Shown: positions 26,168 through 34,705 of the stretch, piece after piece
How positions within the stretch are numbered: the first letter of the stretch is position 1
Layout: the number at the start of each line of letters is the position of its first letter
Source: a virus
Lineage: Duplodnaviria; Caudoviricetes
IMG/VR virus record: IMGVR_UViG_3300037851_000171
Coordinates: 1 to 39,951 of that record
Direction: 5' to 3' (one strand)
Length of the DNA: 39,951 nt
Notes under the pieces: model-generated
What the model saw: the letters and a program-made list of their open reading frames with translations, nothing else
Database searches by the model: none
What the model was told of the DNA's origin: nothing
Made by a program: the position numbers and the translations under genes

Positions 26168-26587
26168 TTAGGACTTGGTGACGGCGCCGGTGATCTCGAT
26201 GGTCACCGAGGCCTTGAGCGCCTGGTCCACCCCGGCGGTGACGGCGAAGCCGGTCACGTAGCCGTTGAAGCGGAACCAGCTGGCTGGCGCCGTGTCCGTG
26301 AACGTGATCACGAAGGACTTCAGCGTCTTGTTCGCGCGTGCCGTCCGCAGCGTTTCGTGGACGGCGTTGTCGGGCAGGTAGTTGATGTCCAAGGTCACCT
26401 GTCCCTCGTCCATCAGGCCCATGGTCTTCTCCTTGGCCGTGCTGGACAGGTCCGTCACGTCGATGATCGTCGCCGATCCGCTCGGCCCGTTGATGCTCGA
26501 GACTTCCGGGATGGTGGTCGGGTCGTCCGGGGAACCAGCACCGACGGCAATGGTGACCCCTTGGCTGCTCAATGCAGAGGTGCTCAT
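26168..26587 (-). CDS. Tail tube (major tail) protein, paralog A
   Basis: Same tube motifs, with a strong GAGGAG RBS. Confidence 0.88.
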   Translation of the reverse strand: MSTSALSSQGVTIAVGAGSPDDPTTIPEVSSINGPSGSATIIDVTDLSSTAKEKTMGLMDEGQVTLDINYLPDNAVHETLRTARANKTLKSFVITFTDTAPASWFRFNGYVTGFAVTAGVDQALKASVTIEITGAVTKS

Positions 26588-26625
26588 TTAATTCTCCTCA
26601 AGTGTGACCCGTCGGGGCCGGTGGT

Positions 26626-27012
26626 TTAGATCCATAGCGCGAAGTCCTGCGACACGGTGTAGATGCGCTGCTCCACATCGAATTGATTGGTGCGGTCCTG
26701 CTGCAGCCCGCGGAAGGTGCCGAAGTTGCCGAACAGCGCAGCGGACGCGGCGTCCGCCATGGCGATGGCCACCGGCAGCGTCAGCGCGTGGCAGTCCACC
26801 TGCACCAGCGCCCGCATCAGGTTGCTGGTCCCGTCCAGGCACTTCACCGGCTCCGTCATCACCAGCTCGTACGTCACCAGCGGGAACAGGGTCTCCTGCG
26901 GCGCCGATTCCGGGTAGATGCGCCAGGTGGACGGGCTGCCGGTGTCTTCCGTATAGGCGCGCAGCGCGGCACTCCCTGTCAACGCGGCGTAGGTGACGGA
27001 TTCGGCGCTCAT
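26626..27012 (-). CDS. Tail terminator (DUF3168-like)
   Basis: RIYPESAPQ...PLVTY...VQVDC. Located just before the tube genes; contains GSP. Confidence 0.8.
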   Translation of the reverse strand: MSAESVTYAALTGSAALRAYTEDTGSPSTWRIYPESAPQETLFPLVTYELVMTEPVKCLDGTSNLMRALVQVDCHALTLPVAIAMADAASAALFGNFGTFRGLQQDRTNQFDVEQRIYTVSQDFALWI

Positions 27013-27022
27013 GTCCGCTGCC

Positions 27023-27568
27023 TCATTTCATGGACGACATGGACGCGCGCGTGTTCCTGCGCTGCTTCGCATGCAGTCGTTTCACCACGGACTCGAATCG
27101 CGGGACGAACGCACGACGGTATCCGTCGATGTGTTCCCCGATGTGCTCGGCCAGCGCCCGCTCGATGAAGTGCTTGCCCTCGTGAAAATTCCCGGACCTG
27201 TCGTGATACCCCCACTCCATGAACCGCCAGTAGTACGGATCATTAGCGCCCTTGGCCACGGCGGCACGCTCTCCCGGCAGGTATCCCTCCGCGCGGCCCA
27301 TCACGCGCGTCAGCTTGCGCGCCGTCTTCACCCGCAGCCCAGCGCCCTGCATCCACGGCAGGTTCCCGCGCTTCATCACCAGCTTGATGTTCCGGCGAAG
27401 CGCCCCGGAACGGTACGGCGAATTGGACAGCGCGTACCCCAGCATGATCTGCGCCGTGTCCTTCACGCTCTGCTTGTTCACCTTCATCTTCACTTCGTCA
27501 GGAAGGTCACGAAGAAGAAGCTGGCGAATTTCGTCGAACCCGTGCAGCTTGATGTCCACCTCGATCAC
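27023..27568 (-). CDS. HK97 gp10-like neck protein
   Basis: P..SGALRRNI, YYWRFMEWG, FIERAL. Confidence 0.82.
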   Translation of the reverse strand: MIEVDIKLHGFDEIRQLLLRDLPDEVKMKVNKQSVKDTAQIMLGYALSNSPYRSGALRRNIKLVMKRGNLPWMQGAGLRVKTARKLTRVMGRAEGYLPGERAAVAKGANDPYYWRFMEWGYHDRSGNFHEGKHFIERALAEHIGEHIDGYRRAFVPRFESVVKRLHAKQRRNTRASMSSMK

Positions 27569-27888
27569 GTCGGCCTCCGCGTGGTGGCCAGCACCTCGAG
27601 GGTTCGCTTGCGGCCATCGATGTCCCGCACCTGGTACGGGTAGTAGTCGGCGCTGCGGTAGGTGATCTTCGAAGTCTGCGAAAGGGTCGAGTCGTAGCGC
27701 AGCACGAACTTCATGGTGGATTCCTCCACCGTCCCCTGCCCCGCCAGGCGCTCCCGCGCGCTGACCATGTCCACCGCGGCGGATCGCGTGCGGCTGTTCC
27801 CCCAGGACTCGCTGATCCCGCCCAGGTTGTCGCGCACGCGCACCAGGTCGTACAGCGTCACGCGGTGGCGCAGGCTACCCGAACGCAT
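27565..27888 (-). CDS. Head closure protein (SPP1 gp16-like)
   Basis: MRSGSLRHRVTL...DNLGG...W...RE...FVLRY. Confidence 0.82.
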   Translation of the reverse strand: MRSGSLRHRVTLYDLVRVRDNLGGISESWGNSRTRSAAVDMVSARERLAGQGTVEESTMKFVLRYDSTLSQTSKITYRSADYYPYQVRDIDGRKRTLEVLATTRRPT

Positions 27889-28579
27889 ACGCCCTCCACT
27901 CGTCGGCGAACGGGTAGTCCTCGTAGCCGTTCATGTCCGGGGTGCCCAGCGTGTAGTGCACCGCCTTGGGGTAGAGGATCGGGTCGTTCACTCCGGCCAG
28001 CCAGTTCCACTCAATCGGCAACGCCCCGATCCGGTCGTCATCCCGGATCCAGGCGAACTGGTGCAGCTCCGCGCCCTTCATGGCGTTCGCGTCGATGATC
28101 GAAAACGCCTGCACTTCCGGCGCGTCGCAGTTCACCAGGAACAGGCTGGACCAGTTCTTCCGCGCGTAGGTGGTTTGCACCTGCCCGTCCATCTTCACCT
28201 TCTCGGTCGGCTGCTGGTCGTGCTTCATGCACATCACCGCGTATCGGTCATCGGCCAGTTCGAACAGCTCGTCCACGTCCGCCCGGAACATGAAGTCCGC
28301 GTCGCAGAACATCGCCCAGCCCTTCCGCTGCAGGATCGGGACGAAGAAGCGCGCCAGGCTGAACTCGGTGGCCATCGGCGCGTCGCTCAAGTTGTCCCAC
28401 AGCACGCCATCCCGCCGTGACGTCGGCCGGTAGTAGGCAGGCCCCAGCGTGCGGCTGCTGATCGGGTTGATCAGCGGCCGGCAGCGCTTCGCGTTGTCGG
28501 TGATCGATTGGCAGGCCACGCGGTACGCCGTCAGCTCCCGCGCGTCGTGGCCGATAAAGATGTTCCGGTCGTGCCTCAT
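27875..28579 (-). CDS. GT-A fold glycosyltransferase (GT8-like) (234 aa)
   Basis: IFIGHD.RE, TEFSLARFFVP, DxD motif FCDADF, RKNWSS, EWNWL, VHYTLGTP. ATGA-coupled to the connector gene. Confidence 0.85.
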   Translation of the reverse strand: MRHDRNIFIGHDARELTAYRVACQSITDNAKRCRPLINPISSRTLGPAYYRPTSRRDGVLWDNLSDAPMATEFSLARFFVPILQRKGWAMFCDADFMFRADVDELFELADDRYAVMCMKHDQQPTEKVKMDGQVQTTYARKNWSSLFLVNCDAPEVQAFSIIDANAMKGAELHQFAWIRDDDRIGALPIEWNWLAGVNDPILYPKAVHYTLGTPDMNGYEDYPFADEWRAYAFG

Positions 28580-29187
28580 TCGAAAAGGTGCACCTTCAGC
28601 TGGTCCAGAAGACCGTCCACGAAGTCCCGCGGCATGGCGGTCAGCATCGTCCCCGTCACCACCGCTTCCCGGTGCTCGTACAGCTGCGCCACGCGCACCA
28701 GGATCCATTGGCGTACCAGCTCCGGGACGCCGTTGGCCGGGTCCTCCCCCGACGGCGATCCGATCTCCGCGTACCCCGCCTGGAAGCGCACCTGCACGGC
28801 GTTGTAGTCGCCACTTCGCGTGGCCGGCCACGTGGCGCCATAGGCCGGCTTCACCAGCCCCGGCGCGCGGTAGGTGTCCACCTGGTAATCGGCGGCGGCC
28901 ACCGTCTGAAGCGCCCCCGCGGTGTCGATGTACTTGACGCTTTCGACGGCGATCAGCGGCGGACGCGGCACCTCGATCTCGCCACCGGCCGGGAACGCCG
29001 GCAGCGTTAGCTCAAACGTGCGCGCGACGAACGCCCGCCCGGTGTAGGCCTCGGCGTACTGACGCGCCCCCTTGATCAAGGCCTGGATCAAGGTGTCCTG
29101 GTCGGTGCCGTCCTCGCGCAGGTGCAGGTTCGCCTCGGCGAGCGATACCGGCTCGACGGAAGGCGCGGTGATCTCGCGGATGGTCAT
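28576..29187 (-). CDS. Head-tail connector (gp6-like)
   Basis: EPVSLAEANLHLR...AEAYTGR...VRFQAGY...LYEHREAV; contains GSP. Confidence 0.88.
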   Translation of the reverse strand: MTIREITAPSVEPVSLAEANLHLREDGTDQDTLIQALIKGARQYAEAYTGRAFVARTFELTLPAFPAGGEIEVPRPPLIAVESVKYIDTAGALQTVAAADYQVDTYRAPGLVKPAYGATWPATRSGDYNAVQVRFQAGYAEIGSPSGEDPANGVPELVRQWILVRVAQLYEHREAVVTGTMLTAMPRDFVDGLLDQLKVHLFE

Positions 29188-29843
29188 GCCCAGCTCATGA
29201 TGAAGTCGCCGCCGAGCTCCTTGTGCAGCTTGGCGCCGAGCGACTGCAGGTAGGAAACGGCATCCGTGCGGCCCAGGCCGAAACTCTCTGCCCGTCCGGG
29301 CTTCTGCTCCACGATGATCGCCGGCTTGCAGCGCTTCAGCGTCTCCTCGGCCCCGCGCAGCACGTGCAGCTCGTACCCCTCGCAGTCCAGCTTCATAAAG
29401 TCCACGTTCTGCATGCCGTAGTCGTCCAGTCGGCGCATCTGCGCGGCCTCGCCGGCGTCAGCCACGTGCGTGCCGCCCGTTGATCCACGTGGAGCGTCCA
29501 TATGCACAGTCTGCTCGGACTCCCCCAGCGCCTCCGGGTACAGCGTGACGTTCGGGTGCAGGACGTTCATGCGGAAGCACTCCCGGTGCACCTCCAGCGG
29601 CTCGAAAGCCATCACGGCCCCGAAGCGCTTGGCCAGGTGCGCCGACCACAGGCCGACGTGGCCGCCGACGTCCACGGCGACGCGCCAGTTCTGCACGTGC
29701 TTCATCGCCGCCGTCAGCTTGTGGTACTGGTAGGTCAATCGGCCGTCCATGGGTTCGTTGCGCTTCACCATCCACTCGATCATGTGAATCTCGTGATCGG
29801 GGAACCACCAACCAGTTTCGGGGAAAAATTTCACGTTCTTCAC
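29184..29843 (-). CDS. FkbM-family SAM methyltransferase (219 aa)
   Basis: VDVGGHVGLWS, AFEP, MKLDCEGYELHVLRGA...KPAIIVE. Confidence 0.9.
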   Translation of the reverse strand: MKNVKFFPETGWWFPDHEIHMIEWMVKRNEPMDGRLTYQYHKLTAAMKHVQNWRVAVDVGGHVGLWSAHLAKRFGAVMAFEPLEVHRECFRMNVLHPNVTLYPEALGESEQTVHMDAPRGSTGGTHVADAGEAAQMRRLDDYGMQNVDFMKLDCEGYELHVLRGAEETLKRCKPAIIVEQKPGRAESFGLGRTDAVSYLQSLGAKLHKELGGDFIMSWA

Positions 29844-30604
29844 AAAAGATTCTCCAGTTCGCGCAGGACCGCCTCCGGGCGGATTGCGTGCATGGCGGTG
29901 TGGCAGTGCAGGCACGGCGTGCGGTAGCCGCAACCCAGGGGGTACTCGGCGGTTTCGACGAACAGGTTTCGCTGGCTGGCGTAGCCGGTGACGGCCGGGG
30001 AGATGTAGCCGCCGAAGATCACCACCGCCGGGATGCCCAGCGCCGCGGCGGCGTGGTGAAGCCCACCCTCGTGCAGGACGGCGGCCCTGGCGTGAGAGAG
30101 CGCCCCGCAGGCCTCCCGGAATCCGGGCGTCCGCATGAACGGCACGCCGTTGAGGCGCGGCTCGGTCCCCTCCCCGATCTGCAGCCATCGCACGTGCGGC
30201 GCCAGGTTTACCAGCCGCTGCCAGCTCTCCCGCGGCCAGAGCTTGTTGGGGCTCGCCTTGGCCTTGATCCACGGATTGATCAGCACCATCCCCCTGGCGG
30301 CCTCGCCGAAGCGCATCTCCTCGTGCGTGAGGACCAGCTCGGCCGGTTCCGGCCCGTACGGCAGCCAGTCCCACTTGAGGATAGTCTTCAGCGCCACGTA
30401 CGGCCGCGTGCCTGGCGCGTCCTCGATCTCGGCGTCGTATGGCTCCAGCGGCCGCGCGATCCTGCTGTTCCCCTCCCATATCGGGTGCCAGCGGTGCAGG
30501 TTGTCCTTGCGCGGATCCCGGATCGCCACCTTCCAGCCGGCAGGCCTTCCGGCCGCCAGCCGCCTTGCACGCCCGGCCGCCATCAGTTCGTCGCCGATAC
30601 CCAT
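29840..30604 (-). CDS. GT9-like (heptosyltransferase-type) glycosyltransferase (254 aa)
   Basis: MGIGDELM, NKLWPRESW, EGGLHHAAAALGIPAVVIFG, C-terminal Cys cluster CGYRTPCLHC. Confidence 0.85.
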   Translation of the reverse strand: MGIGDELMAAGRARRLAAGRPAGWKVAIRDPRKDNLHRWHPIWEGNSRIARPLEPYDAEIEDAPGTRPYVALKTILKWDWLPYGPEPAELVLTHEEMRFGEAARGMVLINPWIKAKASPNKLWPRESWQRLVNLAPHVRWLQIGEGTEPRLNGVPFMRTPGFREACGALSHARAAVLHEGGLHHAAAALGIPAVVIFGGYISPAVTGYASQRNLFVETAEYPLGCGYRTPCLHCHTAMHAIRPEAVLRELENLL

Positions 30605-30606
30605 GG

Positions 30607-31134
30607 CTACGGCGTGAAGACGAGAAAATGCCGCCGGCCGTTGGCTGCCCGGAAGAAGCGGTCCACCCACCACTTCTGCGGCTGGACGGTCAGGTGCAGG
30701 TTTCGCGTGCGCGTGTCCGGGTCGAAGAACTTCTTCGCCGGGCGGCAGCAGACGGAGGCCCACAGGAAGCGCTCGGCGTAGTCGAAGAGCTCCGCAATGA
30801 CGTTGTCGACCAGTTCCTCCGGCACGTGCTCGAGGACGTCCGAGCAGATCACGCCGTCGAACCTCCCCTGCGGCTTCGTGTCCAGCCCCGCAACGCCGGG
30901 ATCGTAAAGGGTCGGCATGGGCACGCCCCATCTTTTGTGCAGCTGCTGCTCGGTGTACTGGTGCCCGAGTCCGCAGCCGTAGTCCAGCAGGCGGACGGAG
31001 CCGGTTGCGCGGATCAGGCCGTGGATCTCCCGGTCGTGGTTGATCACCGACAGCCCCCTGAACTGCGTCCCGAGCGAGCTTTTAGACTGATACCAGGCCG
31101 CCACATCCGGATCCACCGTCTCGCGTTCGATCAT
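30607..31134 (-). CDS. Class I SAM-dependent methyltransferase (175 aa)
   Basis: LLDYGCGLG, YDP, FDGVICSDVLEHVP. Confidence 0.88.
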   Translation of the reverse strand: MIERETVDPDVAAWYQSKSSLGTQFRGLSVINHDREIHGLIRATGSVRLLDYGCGLGHQYTEQQLHKRWGVPMPTLYDPGVAGLDTKPQGRFDGVICSDVLEHVPEELVDNVIAELFDYAERFLWASVCCRPAKKFFDPDTRTRNLHLTVQPQKWWVDRFFRAANGRRHFLVFTP

Positions 31135-31694
31135 CTCCATGCCTCCGCGACCCAGCCGCCCACCTCGTGCGGCTTCGGCTGCCCGTGAAATGCCACCACG
31201 CTGCAGTCGGCCGGCGGACGATCCTTGCAGTGATAGCGGTAGGACCTGCACAGGTGCGCCGGCAGCGGCGCCCACCCGCCCAGGTGCGTCATCCAGTCCT
31301 GGTCCCCGGCGAACCACTCCGACACCATCGGCGAGAAGCGGCGGAAGATGTCCTCGTGGTCTCCGGCGTCCCACACCATGGTTCCGGAGCCGTAGACGTG
31401 CTTCTTCCAGCCCCAGTCCTTGAGGTAGACGATGCCGGGACTGATGGCGAGCTCGTCGAGCTGCCCGACGATCACGCTGTCCAGGTCCAGGTACAGGACG
31501 CGGCCCGTGAAGCGCCCCGGCCGGAAGAGCTCGATCTTGTTCCACCACCCCTGCAGCTCGCCCTCCGGCCGGACGCACACGAACTCGTGCGACAGTTGCA
31601 GCCACCGCCCGACGCCGGCCCGCAGCTTCTCGACGTACTCCTCGCCCCGGCCGAGGTAGTTGCCCCACTCCACGCAGGCCACCGTGAGGCTCAA
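31131..31694 (-). CDS. GT-A fold glycosyltransferase (187 aa)
   Basis: VACVEWG...YVEKL, GWWNKIELF, DxD motif LYLDLD, GDQDW, VVAFHGQPKPHE. Confidence 0.85.
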   Translation of the reverse strand: MSLTVACVEWGNYLGRGEEYVEKLRAGVGRWLQLSHEFVCVRPEGELQGWWNKIELFRPGRFTGRVLYLDLDSVIVGQLDELAISPGIVYLKDWGWKKHVYGSGTMVWDAGDHEDIFRRFSPMVSEWFAGDQDWMTHLGGWAPLPAHLCRSYRYHCKDRPPADCSVVAFHGQPKPHEVGGWVAEAWR

Positions 31695-32254
31695 CGCACG
31701 CGCCTCCAGTATTGGACGCCCTCGTGGTGCTTCTCGGATCCCTCCACCGTTTGATCGAGATCAAACCCTTCCGACTTCAGCACGGCCGGGACGTTGACGG
31801 CAATCTTCGTGTCCCGCTTGCTCACCATGTGGTCGCTCTCATACTTCCGGCCGGTGCGGATCAGGAGCAGCTCGGCGGCGCTGCGCGCGCACCACTTGAG
31901 CGCCCGCTTCATGTCCCGGATCTTGTGGATCACCGCCAGCGCGCAGACGATGTCGTAGCCACGCGCCGGCTCCGACTGGACCACCTCCTGCAAGTTCGCC
32001 ACCTCGAAGGTGCAGTTCAGTCCGGCGGCGAGCTGCCGCGCGACCGCCACATGCTCCCGGACCAGCTCGAGGCCGTGCACCTCGCGCGCGCCGCGCCTGG
32101 CGAACTCGTGCGCGAGAAGGCCCTCCGCGCAACCGAGGTCCAGCACGGACTTCCCGGCGCAGGTGGCGAAGGCCGGCTCCAGCCCGGCCGCCTGGTCCCC
32201 GAACGTGCGGTCCCCCGTCTGCAGCCCCGGAATGATGAACCAACCGTGCCTCAT
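31691..32254 (-). CDS. Class I SAM-dependent methyltransferase (187 aa)
   Basis: GKSVLDLGCAEG, GLE, YDIVCALAVIHK. Confidence 0.88.
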   Translation of the reverse strand: MRHGWFIIPGLQTGDRTFGDQAAGLEPAFATCAGKSVLDLGCAEGLLAHEFARRGAREVHGLELVREHVAVARQLAAGLNCTFEVANLQEVVQSEPARGYDIVCALAVIHKIRDMKRALKWCARSAAELLLIRTGRKYESDHMVSKRDTKIAVNVPAVLKSEGFDLDQTVEGSEKHHEGVQYWRRVR

Positions 32255-33024
32255 GCTTCCCCCTCGAATAGTCGGTTTGCGAAGCCCTGACGGACCTCGT
32301 CCAGCGTCCATTGGTTGTCGGCCAGCACCCCGGCCCAGCGCTCGCGGTCGTCCGGGTAGTGCGGGTCCTCGATCGCGGCCAGGTCGTCCCGCCCCATGGA
32401 CTGCGCGGCGCACGGCCCCAGGCAGAAGACCGGGATCCCGTCCATCAGCGCGCCGGTGGCGGCGTTCGACATGTAGGTGACCAGCGCGTGGGCGCTTACC
32501 AAGTCCTCGGACAGTGTGTGCTGCCGTGCCGCGCGTTTCTCCCGGACCACGATCGGCCGGTCGGTGTGCCGGCGCAGCTCGGATAGCGTCATCCGCAGCC
32601 ATTCGTCGCTGCGGAACCGGCCGACGGACTCGGCGAACACGTCCCCCGGCGGACACACGACGATGTGCCGACCACCGCGCTTCCAGGGCGAAAAGGCGAG
32701 GCCCAGCGCCCGCCAGCGCTTGCCGTCGCTGTATCCCCGGCCGGCGTGCTGGTAGCGGTCGCGCGTCAGGCGGAAGAAGCCGGTGTAGTCCATGTCGTAC
32801 GAGGCCTTGAAGTAGCCGCGGTCGGCGTACACCCACGGCCGGCGCTCGTACTGCGCCCGGCGAAGCGTCGGCAGCAGCCCCCGCAGGTAGCCGTACATGG
32901 CCACGCCGCCCTCCTGCAGCGGCGCGGGCGGCGCCACCGGATACCCGGTGCCGGCGGCCAGCGCCTGGCACACCTCAACCGAATGTCGATGGCCGGTCGA
33001 GTAGATGGTGAAACGGTTCTCCAC
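32251..33024 (-). CDS. GT-B-like protein, KpsC/KpsS (capsule synthesis)-type paralog 2
   Basis: HIVVCPP...PIVVREK...ALVTYMSNAATGALMDGIPVF...QWTLDEVRQG. Paralogous to the neighbouring gene. Confidence 0.65.
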   Translation of the reverse strand: MENRFTIYSTGHRHSVEVCQALAAGTGYPVAPPAPLQEGGVAMYGYLRGLLPTLRRAQYERRPWVYADRGYFKASYDMDYTGFFRLTRDRYQHAGRGYSDGKRWRALGLAFSPWKRGGRHIVVCPPGDVFAESVGRFRSDEWLRMTLSELRRHTDRPIVVREKRAARQHTLSEDLVSAHALVTYMSNAATGALMDGIPVFCLGPCAAQSMGRDDLAAIEDPHYPDDRERWAGVLADNQWTLDEVRQGFANRLFEGEA

Positions 33025-33769
33025 TCTCGATCTCCTCTACCGACCACTGCGCCCAGGCAAGCCGCTGGAACGCCGGCATCCTGTCCGGCAGATCCGGGTT
33101 GTCGATGTTCTTGATGCTGGGAATGGCGGCCCCCTTGGCCACCCACCACGGCGCCTCGCAGAAAACCGGGATCCCCTCGATCAAGGCCTCGCAGCCCACG
33201 CTCGAGCTCCAGATCACCACCGCCCAGGCGCCGACGAGGTCCTCGATCAGCGGCTTTTTCGGCGGCCCGTTACCGGGATGCGGCCGCACGCGGATCGGGC
33301 GCTGCGTCACCCGCCGCAGGCGCGTAACCACGTCGCGTTCCCAATTCGGCGGCATGATGAAGCCCGGCATGCCGAAGCTGCGGTTGGGCGCGACCAGGAT
33401 GTGTTCGCCGTCGGTGCGCCAGGCCTTGAGCGCGATGCCGAGGCTTTCCCAGCGCTCCGGCCCGCCGTGCGGCCACGCCCCGCTGCCGTTGTGGCCGCCG
33501 TTGGCCAGCGCGTAGCGGCGCCTATCCGCGCGATCCACGCCCACGTAGGCGTTCTCGGCCACGATCACCTGGCCGCCGGCCTTCTGCACCTGGCTGGCCA
33601 CGTCGTGGTAGTGCCCGTAACGGTTCCAGATCACCAGCGCGTCGTCCGGCTCCACGTTCGGCGAAGGCGGCCGCAGCTGCACGTCGAAGCCGCAGGCGCG
33701 AAGGCCGCGCACGAACGCCTCCCGGCGGTACACCGGCGACTCGCGGATCATGCAGAAGGCGCGCTTCAC
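32975..33769 (-). CDS. GT-B-like protein, KpsC/KpsS (capsule synthesis)-type paralog 1 (264 aa)
   Basis: HILVAP...IRVRPHP...AVVIWSSSVGCEALIEGIPVF...QWSVEEIESG. GTG 33769 overlaps the upstream stop. Confidence 0.7.
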   Translation of the reverse strand: MKRAFCMIRESPVYRREAFVRGLRACGFDVQLRPPSPNVEPDDALVIWNRYGHYHDVASQVQKAGGQVIVAENAYVGVDRADRRRYALANGGHNGSGAWPHGGPERWESLGIALKAWRTDGEHILVAPNRSFGMPGFIMPPNWERDVVTRLRRVTQRPIRVRPHPGNGPPKKPLIEDLVGAWAVVIWSSSVGCEALIEGIPVFCEAPWWVAKGAAIPSIKNIDNPDLPDRMPAFQRLAWAQWSVEEIESGEPFHHLLDRPSTFG

Positions 33770-34473
33770 GCCAGCGCCTCCTCGATCGTCACCCGCGGGA
33801 AGCACTTGAGCGCCGTCTCGCGGCTGGCGTTGACGATGTCCAGCCCAAGGCGCGATATGGCCTCGAAGTTCCGCGCGTACATCCGATACCAGGCCCCAGG
33901 CACCGGCACCGGATGGTCGCCGTGCCAGTGGCTCTTGCCCCCGGTGTACTGCATGTCGTAGCCCAGCAGGACGATCCGCGCGGCACCCGCAAGGGTCGCG
34001 ATGTTTATCGCCTGGTATCCGCCGTTCTGCCCGGTGTGGATGCGGTCAGGCTGCGTCGAGAGGCCGTCCCGGCCGCCGTTGCGAAGCATGTGCACGTCGG
34101 CGTCGTCCACCATCGCCCCGGTGTTCTCGATCGAGCACTTCTGGCCGGCGAAGGCGCGGAATTGCGGCTTGTCCTTGTGCCAGGTCCACCAGTGGTGGTC
34201 GGCGAAATAGCTCACGTCCGCGAACGGCGCGACCTGGTACGCATTGTTGATTGCGATGACTCGGCAGCCGTCGCGCTCGCGGCATCGACGAACAACGTCG
34301 CATTGGTCAGCGTCGAGCGACGGACCTCCCCCGATGCAGACGACGATTCGTCCAGCCCAGACGGGTCGGACACGACTGAAGCGGTCGAGCGGCCAGTCGG
34401 GTCCCCGCTCGAGGACCGCTTCGCCTCCTGCGGGCCGGCGGTCGGCGTCACCGTCGGCCCCGCCACGTTTCCC
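33766..34473 (-). CDS. Maf/DUF115-like (GGGPSL) glycosyltransferase-type domain lacking a canonical start codon
   Basis: The frame reads VVCIGGGPSL...VIAINNAY...DVSYFADHHWW...NGGYQAINIA...RIVLLGYDM...HWHGDH. The first canonical start (GTG 34215) lies inside the domain, so the 5' end is uncertain. Confidence 0.7.
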   Translation of the reverse strand, partial: GKRGGADGDADRRPAGGEAVLERGPDWPLDRFSRVRPVWAGRIVVCIGGGPSLDADQCDVVRRCRERDGCRVIAINNAYQVAPFADVSYFADHHWWTWHKDKPQFRAFAGQKCSIENTGAMVDDADVHMLRNGGRDGLSTQPDRIHTGQNGGYQAINIATLAGAARIVLLGYDMQYTGGKSHWHGDHPVPVPGAWYRMYARNFEAISRLGLDIVNASRETALKCFPRVTIEEALA

Positions 34474-34634
34474 TCGACGAGCTCCACGGCGCCCTGGTCC
34501 AGGAAGATCCGCGCGCGGTGCGGCGTGGTCCAGAAAATGGTTCCGGCCGAGTGGCCGTCCACGATGAAGCGCTTCTTGACGCGCACCTGGGCGGTGGCGC
34601 CGGAAAGCTTTGCCAGTGCGTTCACGTTCTCCAC
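34212..34634 (-). CDS. Small protein after the capsid gene with Ser/Thr-rich tail
   Basis: GTG start preceded by AGGA. The 3' half overlaps the next domain in the -1 frame. Confidence 0.6.
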   Translation of the reverse strand: MENVNALAKLSGATAQVRVKKRFIVDGHSAGTIFWTTPHRARIFLDQGAVELVEGNVAGPTVTPTAGPQEAKRSSSGDPTGRSTASVVSDPSGLDESSSASGEVRRSTLTNATLFVDAASATAAESSQSTMRTRSRRSRT

Positions 34635-34639
34635 TCCTG

Positions 34640-34673
34640 AAAAACGCCCCCCTTGCCTTGCGGCGGGGGGGGC
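34640..34673 (-). terminator. Rho-independent terminator after the capsid gene
   Basis: GC-rich hairpin with a GCAA loop followed by GTTTTT. Confidence 0.75.
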
Positions 34674-34705
34674 AAACGCTACATCACCTCACCTCAAAGG
34701 AGCCG

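Noticed and set aside
29184-32254. DNA methyltransferases / restriction-modification
   Set aside because: The three methyltransferases lack DPPY/NPPY or PC catalytic motifs and resemble small-molecule or glycan O-methyltransferases.
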